Positions 1 to 10,027 of a DNA stretch of 64,000 bases are shown one piece after another (the stretch's first letter is position 1; every line of letters begins with the position of its first letter). The stretch is taken from the NCBI GenBank assembly GCA_039811685.1, contig JBDHZC010000002.1, forward strand, positions 520,371 through 584,370. The letters run 5' to 3'. A program made the translations under genes and the position numbers. The DNA comes from Armatimonadota bacterium. GTDB taxonomy: Bacteria > Armatimonadota > UBA5829 > DSUL01. The notes below the pieces were generated by a model. It searched no databases. It was not told the DNA's origin and saw nothing but the letters and a program-made list of their open reading frames with translations.

Positions 1-3000
1 TACGTTGTACTCCCACATCAGAGCGCCAACGCGCGACCCTGACAGATTGCTGATGCCCCTGTTTTTGCTGTCCCCGCGGAACTTGGACCATGTGACGGAG
101 GAGACGTATGTGATGCCATCGCTTACGCCCACGGCGCTCCACAACCCAGCCTTGTTGCGCGCCTTGACAGCGAAGTAGTACGTCTGACCCGGGTTCAGAC
201 TCAATCCGGAGCGGCTGATCTGTGTCGCCGCGCCTGCGCTGGTGAAAGGCACAACATCCGTACCGCCAGGCGAGGTTCCGATAGCGTACTGAAACTCGGC
301 GATGCCGCCCTGAGGATCTGAAGCGCTCCACGAAGCCTGCAGGAAATCTCCGGAAGCTGTCACATCGCCGTCGTCTGTAACCACCGGCGTGCTTGGCGGC
401 GTCGTGTCCACAGCAATACCGTCACTCGTACCAACCTGGCTCCACAGATTGACGCTGTTGCGCGCTCGCACCGCAAAATAGTAAACAACGCCTTCAGAGA
501 GACTCAGTCCATTGCGGGTGACAGAAGGCGTTATGCCGGTTGATGTCCAGTTGACGACACTTGTGCCTCCGGGTGAAGTGCCGATGGCATACTGATATTC
601 GACAATGGCCGTATGCGGCTCAGAAGACGACCAGACCGCATGCAGCGTGTTTGTCGAAGAGGTGTACTCCCCGTCATCCGTGACAGCCGGCCTGGACGGC
701 GCGCTGGCGTCAACGGTGATGCCGTTGCTAGTCCCGACAGCGCTCCACTGACTGGCATTGTTGCGCGCTTTGACAGCAAAGTAATACGTCTGACCGTCCT
801 GAAGGCTCAGACCGGCTCTTGTAACCTGCAGCGCCGTGCCGGCCGATGTCCAGTTGACCACATCCGTAGCGCCAGAAGTCGTGCCGATGGCGTACTGGTA
901 CTCCGCGATACCGCTTTGCGCGTCTGCTGCGCTCCAGGAAGCGTGCAGCGAGGCGTTCACGGTGGTAAACTCCCCATCATCAATCACTGTCGGAGTGGAT
1001 GGAGGAGAGGAGTCAATGATTATGCCATCGCTGACGCCAACCGCGCTCACTAACCCTGCGCCGTTGGTAGCCCGGACTGAGAAGTAATAGACTCCACCTT
1101 CCGTCAGATTCAGGCCACTTCTGGTAACCTGCGTATCTGTGCCCGCAGATGTCCAGTTGACGACGTTGGTCAACCCGGGCGCTGTCCCGATCGCGTACTC
1201 ATACTTCGCTATGCCACTCTGCGGGTCGCTGGCAGCCCATGACGCGTGTAGCGACGTGGCGGAGGAGCTGTAAGCGCCGTCATCAGTGACGGTTGGCTGG
1301 GTCGGAGGAGTGCGATCGACAGTGATACCGTCGCTGACGCCGATGGGACTCATCACACCGACGGCGTTGCGCGCGCGCACAGCAAAGTAGTAGGTGACCC
1401 CGTCCTGCAGCGAAAGCCCGGAGCGCGTAACGCCCGCCGTCGTACCTGTCGAAGTCCAGTTGACGATGTTGGTAGCGCCGGAGGTCGTCCCAATCGCATA
1501 CTGATATTCAGTGATGCCACTCACTCCCGGGTCCGCCGTCCATGTTGCGTGAAGCGTCGTGCCGGACTGAGTGTAATCTCCGTCGTCTGTGACGACCGGC
1601 CGCCCAGGACCGCTTGAGTCCACGGTAATTCCATCGCTGAAACCGGAAGAGCTCCAGTGTCCGGCCTGATTCAAAGCCCGAACCGAGAAATAATAGGTTA
1701 CGCCGTTTTGCAGGTTGAGACCGGTGGCTTCCACAAAGCTGTTGGTCCCGGTCGAAGTCCAGTTCACGACGTTGCTGGAGCCCGGGCTGGCGCCGATGGC
1801 GTACTGGTACTCAGCAATCCCGCTTTGAGGGTCTGAGGCGCTCCAGGTAGCGTGGAGTGTATCCGTTGAAGACGTGTAAACTCCGTCATCCGTGACTACG
1901 GGAGTCGTAGGCGGCGAGCGGTCAATCGTGATACCGTCGCTTGACCCAACCGGCCCGAGCAATCCCGCGCCGTTACGCGCCCGAACGGAGAAGTAGTAGG
2001 TGACTCCCTCCGCCAGCGAAAGCCCGGAGCGAGTGACGGACGTAGTTCCTCCAACTGAGGTCCAGTTGACTACATTTGCCGCGCCAAGCGTAGTGCCGAT
2101 GGCGTACTGATACTCGATAACGCCACTTTCAGGGTCTGAAGCGCTCCAGGTTGCGTGCAGGCTGTCTGTGGCGCTGGAGAAGGCGCCATCGTCGGTCACA
2201 ACCGGGGCGGAGGGCGCGCTGCCGTCCACTGTGATGCCGTCGCTGACACCAACAGCGCTCCACAGTCCTGCGCCGTTTCTGGCTTTCACGGCGATGTAGT
2301 AAACAACTCCGTCCTGTAGCTGCAGGCCTGTCGCCGTCGCCTGCAGCGCCGTGCCAGCGGATGTCCAGCCCAGAACATTTGTGGCGCCTGGTGTGGTACC
2401 AATGGCGTATTGATACTCTGCGATTGCACTCTGGACATCGGTGGCAATCCAGCTACCGTGAAGCTGATTGCGCTGCGAAGTGTACTGCCCGTCGTCTGTC
2501 ACCACCGGCGTAGAAGGCGGCGTCAGATCCAGCCGGATCCCGTCACTCACACCAACAGAGCTCCACAAATCGGCCCCGTTGCGCGCGCGGACGGAAATAT
2601 AGTAGGTCACCCCGTCCTGCAGAGAAAGCCCGGTGCGAGTCACCTCTGCCGCGCCGCCCGTCGACGCCCATCCGGTCACTTCCGTTCCCCCAGGTGAGGT
2701 GCCGATGGCGTACTGATAATCCGCAATACCGCTTACCGGGTCCGAGGCGCTCCAGACGGCGTGCAGGGAGTTCGCGCTGGAGGTGAATGCGCCGTCATCC
2801 GTCACGACGGGCGCGCCTGGTGGCGTTCTATCCACCGTAATCCCATCGCTCTTTCCGACCTGACTCACAAGTCCCGCTCCATTGGTGGCGCGAACGTAAA
2901 AATAATAAGTCTGGCCGTCAATCAGCGGGAGGCCATTTCGCGTTACAGTTGTCGCAGACCCTACCGATGTCCAGCCAACCAGGTCGGGATTGGCGCCACC

Positions 3001-4030
3001 GGTCCCTATGCCGTATTCATATCCAACAACCGCAGAGTGTGGGTCCGAAGACGACCACCACGCCCGCAGCGTGTTCGGCGACGAAGTAAACTGCCCGTCA
3101 TCTGTAATCAGAGGCGTCGTCGGTGGGCTGGAATCCACAATCACGCCATCGCTGAAGCCCACCTGACTCAGTTGACCTGCGCCGCTGGTTGCCCGGACAG
3201 AAAAGTAGTACGTGGTCCCGTCAGTAAGCGACAGCCCCGTAGCTGTGACACTGGTCGCGTTTGTCTGTGTCCAGCCCTTGACGTCCGTCTGACCCTGTCC
3301 GGAGCCGATTGCGTACTCGTAGAACGCGATACCGGATTCTGGATCACTGCTTGACCAGGTCGCATGCAGGGAACTGGAGCTCGTGCTGTAGCTGCCATCA
3401 TCCGTGACAACCGGTGTCGATGGCGGAGTGCGGTCCAGTTTGATGCCGTCGCTTGTGCCAACGCTGGAAACCAGGCCAGCGGCATTTGTAGCCCGCACGG
3501 AGAAATAGTAGGTTACGCCATCCTGGAGATTCAGTCCCGCGCGCGTAACGGAAGCTGTTTGTCCGGTAGATGTCCAGCCGACAACATTAACCGCTCCCGG
3601 CGATGTACCTATCGCGTACTCGTAGAGTGTAATGCCGCTTTCAGCGTCTGCCGAAGTCCAGGACGCGTGCAGTGAGGTGCTGAGGTTTGTGTACTGCCCG
3701 TCGTCCGTCACCACCGGCGTAGAAGGCGGCGTGAAGTCCACGGTGATTCCGTCTGAGACGCCGATGTCCGACCAGACGCCTGCGCCGTTTTTGGCCTTTA
3801 CACTGAAATAGTAGCGTGCGCCGTTGGTCAGGGCCAGCCCGCTGCGCGTCACCGAAGCAGCCGTGCCAGTTGACGTCCATCCAAGCACGTCCGTACCGCC
3901 GGAGGTGGTTCCGATAGCGTACTGGTACTCGCTGATTCCGGTCTCCGGATCCGAGGCAGACCAGGTCGCGTGCAGAGATGTAGCGCTGGTGCTGTAGCTG
4001 CCGTCGTCAACAACGACCGGAGTTGTTGGG
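1..4030 (-). repeat. Tandem array of about 13.3 near-identical 303-bp coding repeats (one FN3 domain each)
   Basis: The conserved motif (RC of EYQYA: gcgtactgatactc and variants) recurs at about 283, 586, 890, 1192, 1497, 1800, 2101, 2405, 2707, 3010, 3312, 3614 and 3916. The period is 302-304 bp, with high nucleotide identity between units. Confidence 0.85.
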
Positions 4031-5151
4031 GGCGTACTATCACGCACAAACGAATAGAGTTTGCCGTCGCTGCACCCCGCGTAAAGTGTCCCGTCCTGAG
4101 CGATAGCGGCCGAGCTGTAGCCAGACCCGCCCAGTGACGACTGCCACAGGATAGAGCCATCCGGCTGAAACGCGTACAGCTTGCCGTCGAAAGACGGGCA
4201 ATAAATCGTGTCGTCTCCGCCGACGGCTGGGGAAGCCTGAATTTTGTCCCCTGTCGCGGTGCGCCACTTGAGCGTGCCTTGAGGAGTAATTGCGTAGAGA
4301 TAGGTATTGTCTGAACCTATGTAAATGGTGCCATCAGAGCCTATGGCCGGTGAAGATGTCACTGCCGCGCCAATGTTGTAGCTCCAGTTCAGCACGCCAG
4401 CCTGAACAGCGTACAGATAGCCGTCCGCGCTCGCTATGTAGACGACTCCGGCGCTGTCGATGGCCGGAGAGGAGTCGAGACGGTTAGAGGCTCGATAACG
4501 CCATGCCCGCGTACCGTTTGGCTGCAAGCAGTACAGGTAGCCGTCCTGCGCTCCGAAATAGATCCGTCCGTCCGCGCCGATTGCCGCTGAAGACAGGATC
4601 GGAAACGCCACGTAGTAATTCCACTTGATGGAACCGTTCGAGTTAATCGCGTAGAAACGGCCGTTTGTCGATCCGCAATACACTGTTCCATCAGGCGCTA
4701 CTGCCGGGGAAGCCTTGACCTGCTTCCCAATACCAGTGCGCCACTTCAGAGTTCCGGATGACGTAATGGCGTAAACATAATAATCATCTGACCCGACGTA
4801 GACTGTTCCGTCTGATCCAACAGTTGGCGAAGAATAGCTGCCGGAGTGGACGTTGTAGCGCCACTTCTGTGTGCCGTCCGGATTGACGGCGTAAAGGTAC
4901 TGATCCTGCGAGACAAAGTAAACTGTCCCGTCCGGCGCCACCGCCGGCGATGAAGATATGCCTGCGCCTGTGGTGAATGTCCAGCCCGCAATTCCCACCG
5001 ACGGCCCGACGGTTGCCGTCCGTCCAGTACCGCGGATATCGGCACGGAAGCGTGGCCACCCGCTCTGGGCAAGCTGCGCCAGAGAAGGAGCTGATGCGGC
5101 TGCCAGCCCTGCCGAAACGAGCACAGCGATTGCTATTGACCTGATGCGCAC
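1..5151 (-). CDS. Giant secreted protein, partial (continues beyond window start). Signal peptide, then a PQQ-like beta-propeller (about 4030-5050), then at least 13 tandem 101-aa fibronectin type III-like domains (1-4030). GTG start at 5151 after a GGAGGAGGAAG RBS.
   Basis: Minus-strand frame with codons at 3k+1..3k+3 is open from 5151 to position 1. The ORF track does not report it because there is no stop in the window. Reverse-complement translation gives V/MRIRSIAIAVLVSAGLAAASAPSLAQ (signal peptide), then repeated G-x-x-Y/DG-x-x-Y-A motifs of PQQ/BamB-like blades. After that come repeated units containing SDGI[TV]VD, EYQYAIGT and YYF[SA]V[RK]A motifs, typical of FN3. Confidence 0.8.
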   Translation of the reverse strand, partial: MRIRSIAIAVLVSAGLAAASAPSLAQLAQSGWPRFRADIRGTGRTATVGPSVGIAGWTFTTGAGISSSPAVAPDGTVYFVSQDQYLYAVNPDGTQKWRYNVHSGSYSSPTVGSDGTVYVGSDDYYVYAITSSGTLKWRTGIGKQVKASPAVAPDGTVYCGSTNGRFYAINSNGSIKWNYYVAFPILSSAAIGADGRIYFGAQDGYLYCLQPNGTRAWRYRASNRLDSSPAIDSAGVVYIASADGYLYAVQAGVLNWSYNIGAAVTSSPAIGSDGTIYIGSDNTYLYAITPQGTLKWRTATGDKIQASPAVGGDDTIYCPSFDGKLYAFQPDGSILWQSSLGGSGYSSAAIAQDGTLYAGCSDGKLYSFVRDSTPPTTPVVVDDGSYSTSATSLHATWSASDPETGISEYQYAIGTTSGGTDVLGWTSTGTAASVTRSGLALTNGARYYFSVKAKNGAGVWSDIGVSDGITVDFTPPSTPVVTDDGQYTNLSTSLHASWTSADAESGITLYEYAIGTSPGAVNVVGWTSTGQTASVTRAGLNLQDGVTYYFSVRATNAAGLVSSVGTSDGIKLDRTPPSTPVVTDDGSYSTSSSSLHATWSSSDPESGIAFYEYAIGSGQGQTDVKGWTQTNATSVTATGLSLTDGTTYYFSVRATSGAGQLSQVGFSDGVIVDSSPPTTPLITDDGQFTSSPNTLRAWWSSSDPHSAVVGYEYGIGTGGANPDLVGWTSVGSATTVTRNGLPLIDGQTYYFYVRATNGAGLVSQVGKSDGITVDRTPPGAPVVTDDGAFTSSANSLHAVWSASDPVSGIADYQYAIGTSPGGTEVTGWASTGGAAEVTRTGLSLQDGVTYYISVRARNGADLWSSVGVSDGIRLDLTPPSTPVVTDDGQYTSQRNQLHGSWIATDVQSAIAEYQYAIGTTPGATNVLGWTSAGTALQATATGLQLQDGVVYYIAVKARNGAGLWSAVGVSDGITVDGSAPSAPVVTDDGAFSSATDSLHATWSASDPESGVIEYQYAIGTTLGAANVVNWTSVGGTTSVTRSGLSLAEGVTYYFSVRARNGAGLLGPVGSSDGITIDRSPPTTPVVTDDGVYTSSTDTLHATWSASDPQSGIAEYQYAIGASPGSSNVVNWTSTGTNSFVEATGLNLQNGVTYYFSVRALNQAGHWSSSGFSDGITVDSSGPGRPVVTDDGDYTQSGTTLHATWTADPGVSGITEYQYAIGTTSGATNIVNWTSTGTTAGVTRSGLSLQDGVTYYFAVRARNAVGVMSPIGVSDGITVDRTPPTQPTVTDDGAYSSSATSLHASWAASDPQSGIAKYEYAIGTAPGLTNVVNWTSAGTDTQVTRSGLNLTEGGVYYFSVRATNGAGLVSAVGVSDGIIIDSSPPSTPTVIDDGEFTTVNASLHASWSAADAQSGIAEYQYAIGTTSGATDVVNWTSAGTALQVTRAGLSLQDGQTYYFAVKARNNASQWSAVGTSNGITVDASAPSRPAVTDDGEYTSSTNTLHAVWSSSEPHTAIVEYQYAIGTSPGGTSVVNWTSTGITPSVTRNGLSLSEGVVYYFAVRARNSVNLWSQVGTSDGIAVDTTPPSTPVVTDDGDVTASGDFLQASWSASDPQGGIAEFQYAIGTSPGGTDVVPFTSAGAATQISRSGLSLNPGQTYYFAVKARNKAGLWSAVGVSDGITYVSSVTWSKFRGDSKNRGISNLSGSRVGALMWEYNV

Positions 5152-5233
5152 TCCCGACTTCCTCCTCCATACCAGAGCGCATTTGCCAGAGAGGCTAAGC
5201 ACCGATATCCGCGCAAAGTACGATTACTCCTGT

Positions 5234-8200
5234 CTAAGGGGCCGCAATATCCGACTGCTTTCGCGCCAGGATCCGGCGTCTGAGTGTGGTCCCGGAGGAC
5301 TCTGACGAGCTGACACCTGTAACTATCAACGCGTCGCCAAGCGCGGGCTTGGTGAGGGAGCCGCACTGAACCTTGACACCCTGATGCCCGGAGCCATCGT
5401 CAAGGGCTTTGCCGTCGTCTAGATAAAAGAACGGCTCTGCTCCTGTGCCGACATAGGTCACCTTGCCGGCCATTCTGATAAGCAGACCCACGTTGTTGGA
5501 ACCCAGGAATGCCGAGCCGATATTCGTGTTGATGAGCAACCCTGTACCGCCGATGCTGAAGCTGCGCATGGTGAGCGGCGCCGGAATCACTCCGGCCGGA
5601 TTGACCACCGTCACGTTTGAAGCGGTAATCTGGCGCTCGCTGCCGACAGTCTCAATCGTGCCCATAATATCCACTACGTTGCCTTCCTGGACATTCGCAT
5701 TGGTGACAACTTTGATTCCTGCGACACGGTTGGGTTCTTCAATGTAGAAGATACCGCCCAGCTGATCTGTCCCGGCAATAGCCACCTTGCCTGATATGGA
5801 AACACTCGTTCCGTCGCTCAGGGCCTTGGCTGCCTCGATGGTGGGCACGACAATAGCATTCGGGTCATTCAACGTCCTGCCAACCAGACGTTTGGACGCG
5901 TTTTTGAAACGGGAGTAGAAAACAGCCTGCGCTGAAGCGCCGCCAGCAATGACGGGGGCGTACTCTGAATAGTTCGAACTCGCCATCACTGTCGGATTGG
6001 CGTCAATCACAATCCCCGCTGCGTTCAGCCGGGTGAGGTAGATGTCGTAGTTGGATACTGCAGCGCGATTGTCCTGCCAGGCAACGATGTAGTTGGAGCC
6101 TGCCCAGCACAGACTGGGCGCGCTCTGCTCATTCGGAGCCGTGACAATCGCCAGATCACTTCCAACAACCGCAGCCGCCGTGGACAGTCGCGTTCCGTAG
6201 ATATCAAAGACGTAGTTGTTCCGCGCGTCCGACCAGACGACCAGATACTCAGAGCCATTGTAGGCTATCTTCGGTTGCGCCTTCAGGGACGGCGCGGACG
6301 AAAGCTGCACTCCCGCGGCCTGGCCGATCGAGCCGTTGTTCAGCACTTTTGTCGCGTAGATGTCGCCCTGACCCGAGCGCTGATCCTGCCAGACCACCAT
6401 GAAATCCGTGCCGTCCGAAGCTACGGAAGGCTCAAGCTGATCGCCCAGAGCCCCACTCACGACGCCGCTAAGAGGCATCAACGCGCCGGCAGAAGTGACA
6501 AAAGTCCCCATAATATCGGTGAAGTAGTTCGGCGCGAGGCCGGTTCGCTGGTCGCGCCACACAACGAGATACTTCGTACCGTTCCACGCTATGGAAGGCT
6601 GACTCTGATCGAGATCGGCAGAAGCGATGAGGATAGGGGAACCGACCGGCTGCATGTTCGCGTCCAGCCGAACACCCCGGATATCGTAGCTGTAACCGAT
6701 GAACTCCTTCCACGCCACCAGATAACCCGATCCACTCCACGCGATCGCGGGTTCCAACTGCTCCGCACCCGCGGCCAGCAAGATACCCTGCGCATCCTGC
6801 ACAATGCCGTTGCTGTCAACCCTGGCGCCGTAAATCTGGTAGTAACCGTTGCGGCGATCGGCCCAGACTACTCCGTAACCATTTCCATTCCAGCAGGCTG
6901 CATAGGATGGCTGGCTCTGAATCGCGCTTGAAACGAGATTGGTGCTTACGATTCCTCCGAAGACGTTCATCTTCGTTACGAACACGTCGGAGTTCGTCGG
7001 ATCAATGGTGTACCAGGCGACCAGACCAGGAGCGATACGCGGACCCCTGTTTCCCGTGGAGGCATTGGTGACGACCGGAAACGGCTGCAAATCGAGAGTC
7101 TGAGCGCTGCTGTTCAGCCTGCAACCTTTGATGTAGCGCGTGCCAACCTGACGGTCCCGCCACACCACCATAAACTGCGTTCCGTCCCAGGTAATGTCCG
7201 GTATCTCCTGATCCCCACTGCCCGGAAAGATAGACTTGCCGCCGGTATCGACCACCGACCCGGCTGTTGTGTATCGCGTCCCGTAGATGTCGAGATCGCT
7301 TCCTCTGCCGTCCTGCCAGACAATAATAGCTGTCCCGGTGGAATCGCACGCCACAGACGGGGAGAGCTGCGGGCCCAGAGCCCCGGCGGCAGGAGCGCCC
7401 GCGCGGTTTGAGATCAGAGTGTCACCGCCCTGCTTCTGTGTGGAGGAGTTGATGCGGCAGCCGTAGATGTCCGTGTCGCTTGATTCAGAGTTGCGCTGGT
7501 CTTCCCAGACCACCACGTAGTTTGTCCCGTTCCACGCGATATCCGGATTCTGCTGGTTGTCTGCGGTGAAGGCGATAGCCGATCTGTTGGTCACAGCGCC
7601 CGCCGCGGTCACTCGCGCTCCGACAATGTCGAATCCGGTTCCCTGATTCTCCTGCCACACCACGTGCCAGTCCGTGCCGTTGCTGGCCACCGCCGGCAGA
7701 TACTGCTCTGGGACGGGATTGTTAGGATTGATCGGGGCCGTTATCGAAATCGGGAAGCCGTCCGGATCCAGAATGCTGCCGGAGGTGCTGACGCGCGCGC
7801 CGTAGATGTGCGGCTTGGAGTCCACCGCGCGACGGTCCGACCACACCACCAGAAAGTTCGAGCCGTTCCAGGCGACAGCCGGATTCATCTGGTCGCGCGC
7901 CGCGTGACCACCACTCGAGGTAGAAGAGATCAGGAAAGCCTCTCCCATTGCCGGGACGCCGCTGGAATCGAGAAAGATCCCGTAGATGTCGTAGCCCGTA
8001 TCAGGATCATTCGAGGAGTTCAGACGATTTCGGCTGTCCTGCCACACGACGAGATAGCCTGTCCCGCCCGCTGCGACCGCGGGAGCTTCCTGCGTGAAAG
8101 GCGCCGCAACACTGACCTGCCCGACCGGAAACTCCGGACCTGCGGCGATCTCTGCCGCTCGCGCCTCCCCAATCAGAGCGCATCCGGCCAGCGCTACCCA

Positions 8201-8239
8201 TGCGATCAGACTGCTGCGTACGATTGTGCGACTTTTCAT
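5234..8239 (-). CDS. Secreted repeat protein (1001 aa). Signal peptide (MKSRTIVRSSLIAWVALAGCALIGEARA), then about 14 copies of a 55-60-aa repeat (P-x-[VI]A-W-N-G-x-x-[YF]-L-V-V-W-x-D-x-R...D-I-Y-G-x-R), probably a beta-propeller-like fold of unassigned family. Carries the conserved roughly 190-aa C-terminal module shared with 13203-17252 and 17663-19753.
   Basis: ORF 5234..8314. The internal ATG at 8239 is preceded by a GAGG RBS and followed by a canonical signal peptide. Repeat motifs are read directly from the translation. The C-terminal 190 aa align to the C-termini of two other proteins in the window. Confidence 0.75.
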   Translation of the reverse strand: MKSRTIVRSSLIAWVALAGCALIGEARAAEIAAGPEFPVGQVSVAAPFTQEAPAVAAGGTGYLVVWQDSRNRLNSSNDPDTGYDIYGIFLDSSGVPAMGEAFLISSTSSGGHAARDQMNPAVAWNGSNFLVVWSDRRAVDSKPHIYGARVSTSGSILDPDGFPISITAPINPNNPVPEQYLPAVASNGTDWHVVWQENQGTGFDIVGARVTAAGAVTNRSAIAFTADNQQNPDIAWNGTNYVVVWEDQRNSESSDTDIYGCRINSSTQKQGGDTLISNRAGAPAAGALGPQLSPSVACDSTGTAIIVWQDGRGSDLDIYGTRYTTAGSVVDTGGKSIFPGSGDQEIPDITWDGTQFMVVWRDRQVGTRYIKGCRLNSSAQTLDLQPFPVVTNASTGNRGPRIAPGLVAWYTIDPTNSDVFVTKMNVFGGIVSTNLVSSAIQSQPSYAACWNGNGYGVVWADRRNGYYQIYGARVDSNGIVQDAQGILLAAGAEQLEPAIAWSGSGYLVAWKEFIGYSYDIRGVRLDANMQPVGSPILIASADLDQSQPSIAWNGTKYLVVWRDQRTGLAPNYFTDIMGTFVTSAGALMPLSGVVSGALGDQLEPSVASDGTDFMVVWQDQRSGQGDIYATKVLNNGSIGQAAGVQLSSAPSLKAQPKIAYNGSEYLVVWSDARNNYVFDIYGTRLSTAAAVVGSDLAIVTAPNEQSAPSLCWAGSNYIVAWQDNRAAVSNYDIYLTRLNAAGIVIDANPTVMASSNYSEYAPVIAGGASAQAVFYSRFKNASKRLVGRTLNDPNAIVVPTIEAAKALSDGTSVSISGKVAIAGTDQLGGIFYIEEPNRVAGIKVVTNANVQEGNVVDIMGTIETVGSERQITASNVTVVNPAGVIPAPLTMRSFSIGGTGLLINTNIGSAFLGSNNVGLLIRMAGKVTYVGTGAEPFFYLDDGKALDDGSGHQGVKVQCGSLTKPALGDALIVTGVSSSESSGTTLRRRILARKQSDIAAP

Positions 8240-8690
8240 GAATCCTCTACCTCTATCGGGCTCGCCAGAGTACCTGGCGGCCTCTCCCTGCTGTCGCAAT
8301 GGAGCCAGAACCAAAATCGTCTCCTGTTCCGCTACCTGTCAGGCGAAAGCAAGCGCGACGAACGATCCACAGCGATCTCTCCCTCGCAATGAAGCAGCCA
8401 ACTGCTCCACACGCGCGGAAACAAACCAAGGGCTAACCAGTAGGGGCGCACAAACAATAGCAGCACTGAGCGTGCAGGCTACGTGACGCCACCGCGAAGA
8501 GAGGTGACGAAACGCATGCCACTTCAGTTCAGATTTGGAGTTGTGTCCCAGGTTAGCGGCAATCCAGCATTCTGGCCGGCTGCCCGATCTTCAGTTTGCG
8601 TCCAGACCCGCGCAACGCCTCTGGCGTAGCGGCTTCTCCTTTCGGGCCTGGCGCAAAGAAATCTGTTTGGCTGGCAAAGAGCCCCGAAGC

Positions 8691-9329
8691 TTAGCCTGCC
8701 TTCTTCTCACCGTAGTCCGGCATCTTTCGCATCGTCATCCCCTTAGGGAGATCAAACTTTGAGTCCGCTACGGGGACACCGGTCTTGTAAGACTTGTAGG
8801 TGTAGGTCACCGTGTCCGTAGCCTTCACGCCAGTCGTGATAAGCTTCAAAGGTTCATAGCTGACGGGCCTCACCCACAGCTTGCACTTCCACTTTGTCTT
8901 GGACTCGGTATAGGTGTACACGTTGGCTGGCTTTCCACCGATTTTTTCCGTTCCCACCTTCCTGGCGCCCTGGCTCTGGAGAAATTTCTGAACGTTGCCA
9001 ATCGGTCCAGGTACGTAGCTCATAGGAGTATCGCGAAGAGTACCCCTGGGATATTCCACAATGAACTTTCTCGCGCTGTTCACCATGAAGGTGCCTTTGG
9101 AGTTCTTAATTGCCTGCAGCCTTATTCCCGGTGAGTCCATATCCCAGTAGAAGAAGTCGCCCTTGATAGTCATGGAACGAGGACCCATATCACCCTGAGG
9201 AGACTTCGCCGAGACCTGATAAACTGTAGTGTCCGGCTTTGCGGACTTGGAAGGCTTAACCGGTGCGGCCAGTACAGCCTGAGATGCCAGAAGTGCGGCC
9301 AGAAGCCCACCTGTAATGGTCTTGTTCAT
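8691..9329 (-). CDS. Secreted hypothetical protein (about 212 aa), Lys/Thr/Tyr-rich. Possibly a LolA-like or lipoprotein-sorting fold; tentative.
   Basis: ORF 8691..9371. The ATG at 9329 is preceded by GAGGAGAGAA and followed by the signal peptide MNKTITGGLLAALLASQAVLAAP. No recognisable catalytic motif. Confidence 0.6.
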   Translation of the reverse strand: MNKTITGGLLAALLASQAVLAAPVKPSKSAKPDTTVYQVSAKSPQGDMGPRSMTIKGDFFYWDMDSPGIRLQAIKNSKGTFMVNSARKFIVEYPRGTLRDTPMSYVPGPIGNVQKFLQSQGARKVGTEKIGGKPANVYTYTESKTKWKCKLWVRPVSYEPLKLITTGVKATDTVTYTYKSYKTGVPVADSKFDLPKGMTMRKMPDYGEKKAG

Positions 9330-9920
9330 TTCTCTCCTCATGCAATCAATGAAACGCGCCACGCAACACATTCAGCCTCGAAGAACAGCCAGCACGCGCA
9401 CGGACCTAAACACCTGTCACATCTTTGGGTAGCCCGATGGTATTGTGCCAAGTTCGGCAGCGGAACCCTCTATAGAAAAACAGCATCTGGGAAGCGCCCG
9501 GCCAGTCTCCCGGCGCTTTGCGCGTAAGGAATCCGGACTTGTCAGAATGACGCTGTACGAACCACGCGCGGCTTCGTGAGCTTTCAGGAGGCCTGAAAAA
9601 CGGCGGCCAGGCTTCATGGCTTATGAAATCTGCAGGCGACAGGCGACCGCGAGTCGGCCCGCCCACTCGTCTCTGCCTCTAATTCATGATAACCCACGAT
9701 TGTTCAGTTGTGGAGGCCAATTCTGACGTGAGGACGAGTATCTCCGACCTTCAGAGGCTGTGAAAACCAGGCTGATGAGGAAGGCGCTCTATGGGCATCA
9801 GCGCGTTCACGAACTCTGGATCGCCTCGCAGTTTTTCACGGCTGAGCCAGGCGAGCAATCCTAATCCGGTGCAACGAGTTGAACGCCATCGAAGGCGTTG
9901 CCACCTCCAGCGCGGTCTCC

Positions 9921-9959
9921 CAAGAACCGAAAGAAGGCTCCGGCGGTAAAGCCGGAGCC
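9921..9959 (-). terminator. Rho-independent terminator downstream of CDS 10028-10927
   Basis: Perfect 9-bp stem GGCTCCGGC / GCCGGAGCC with a 6-nt loop at 9936-9959. On the minus strand it is followed by a T-rich tract (TTCTTTCGGTTCTT, RC of 9921-9935). It lies about 70 nt after the stop of the upstream minus-strand gene. Confidence 0.55.
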
Positions 9960-10027
9960 TTCAGGGTGGAACTCGAGTTACCTAGACTTCGCCAGGCGGC
10001 TCGGGTTCTTCACTTTCGCCCGGATAA

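Noticed and set aside
2761-3354. Multiple 80-200-aa ORFs on both strands across 500-5300 (for example 613-1053, 2761-3354, 4784-5182)
   Set aside because: All are alternative-frame shadows of the single long minus-strand FN3/PQQ gene, whose frame is open throughout 1-5151. The ORF track omits it only because it has no in-window stop.
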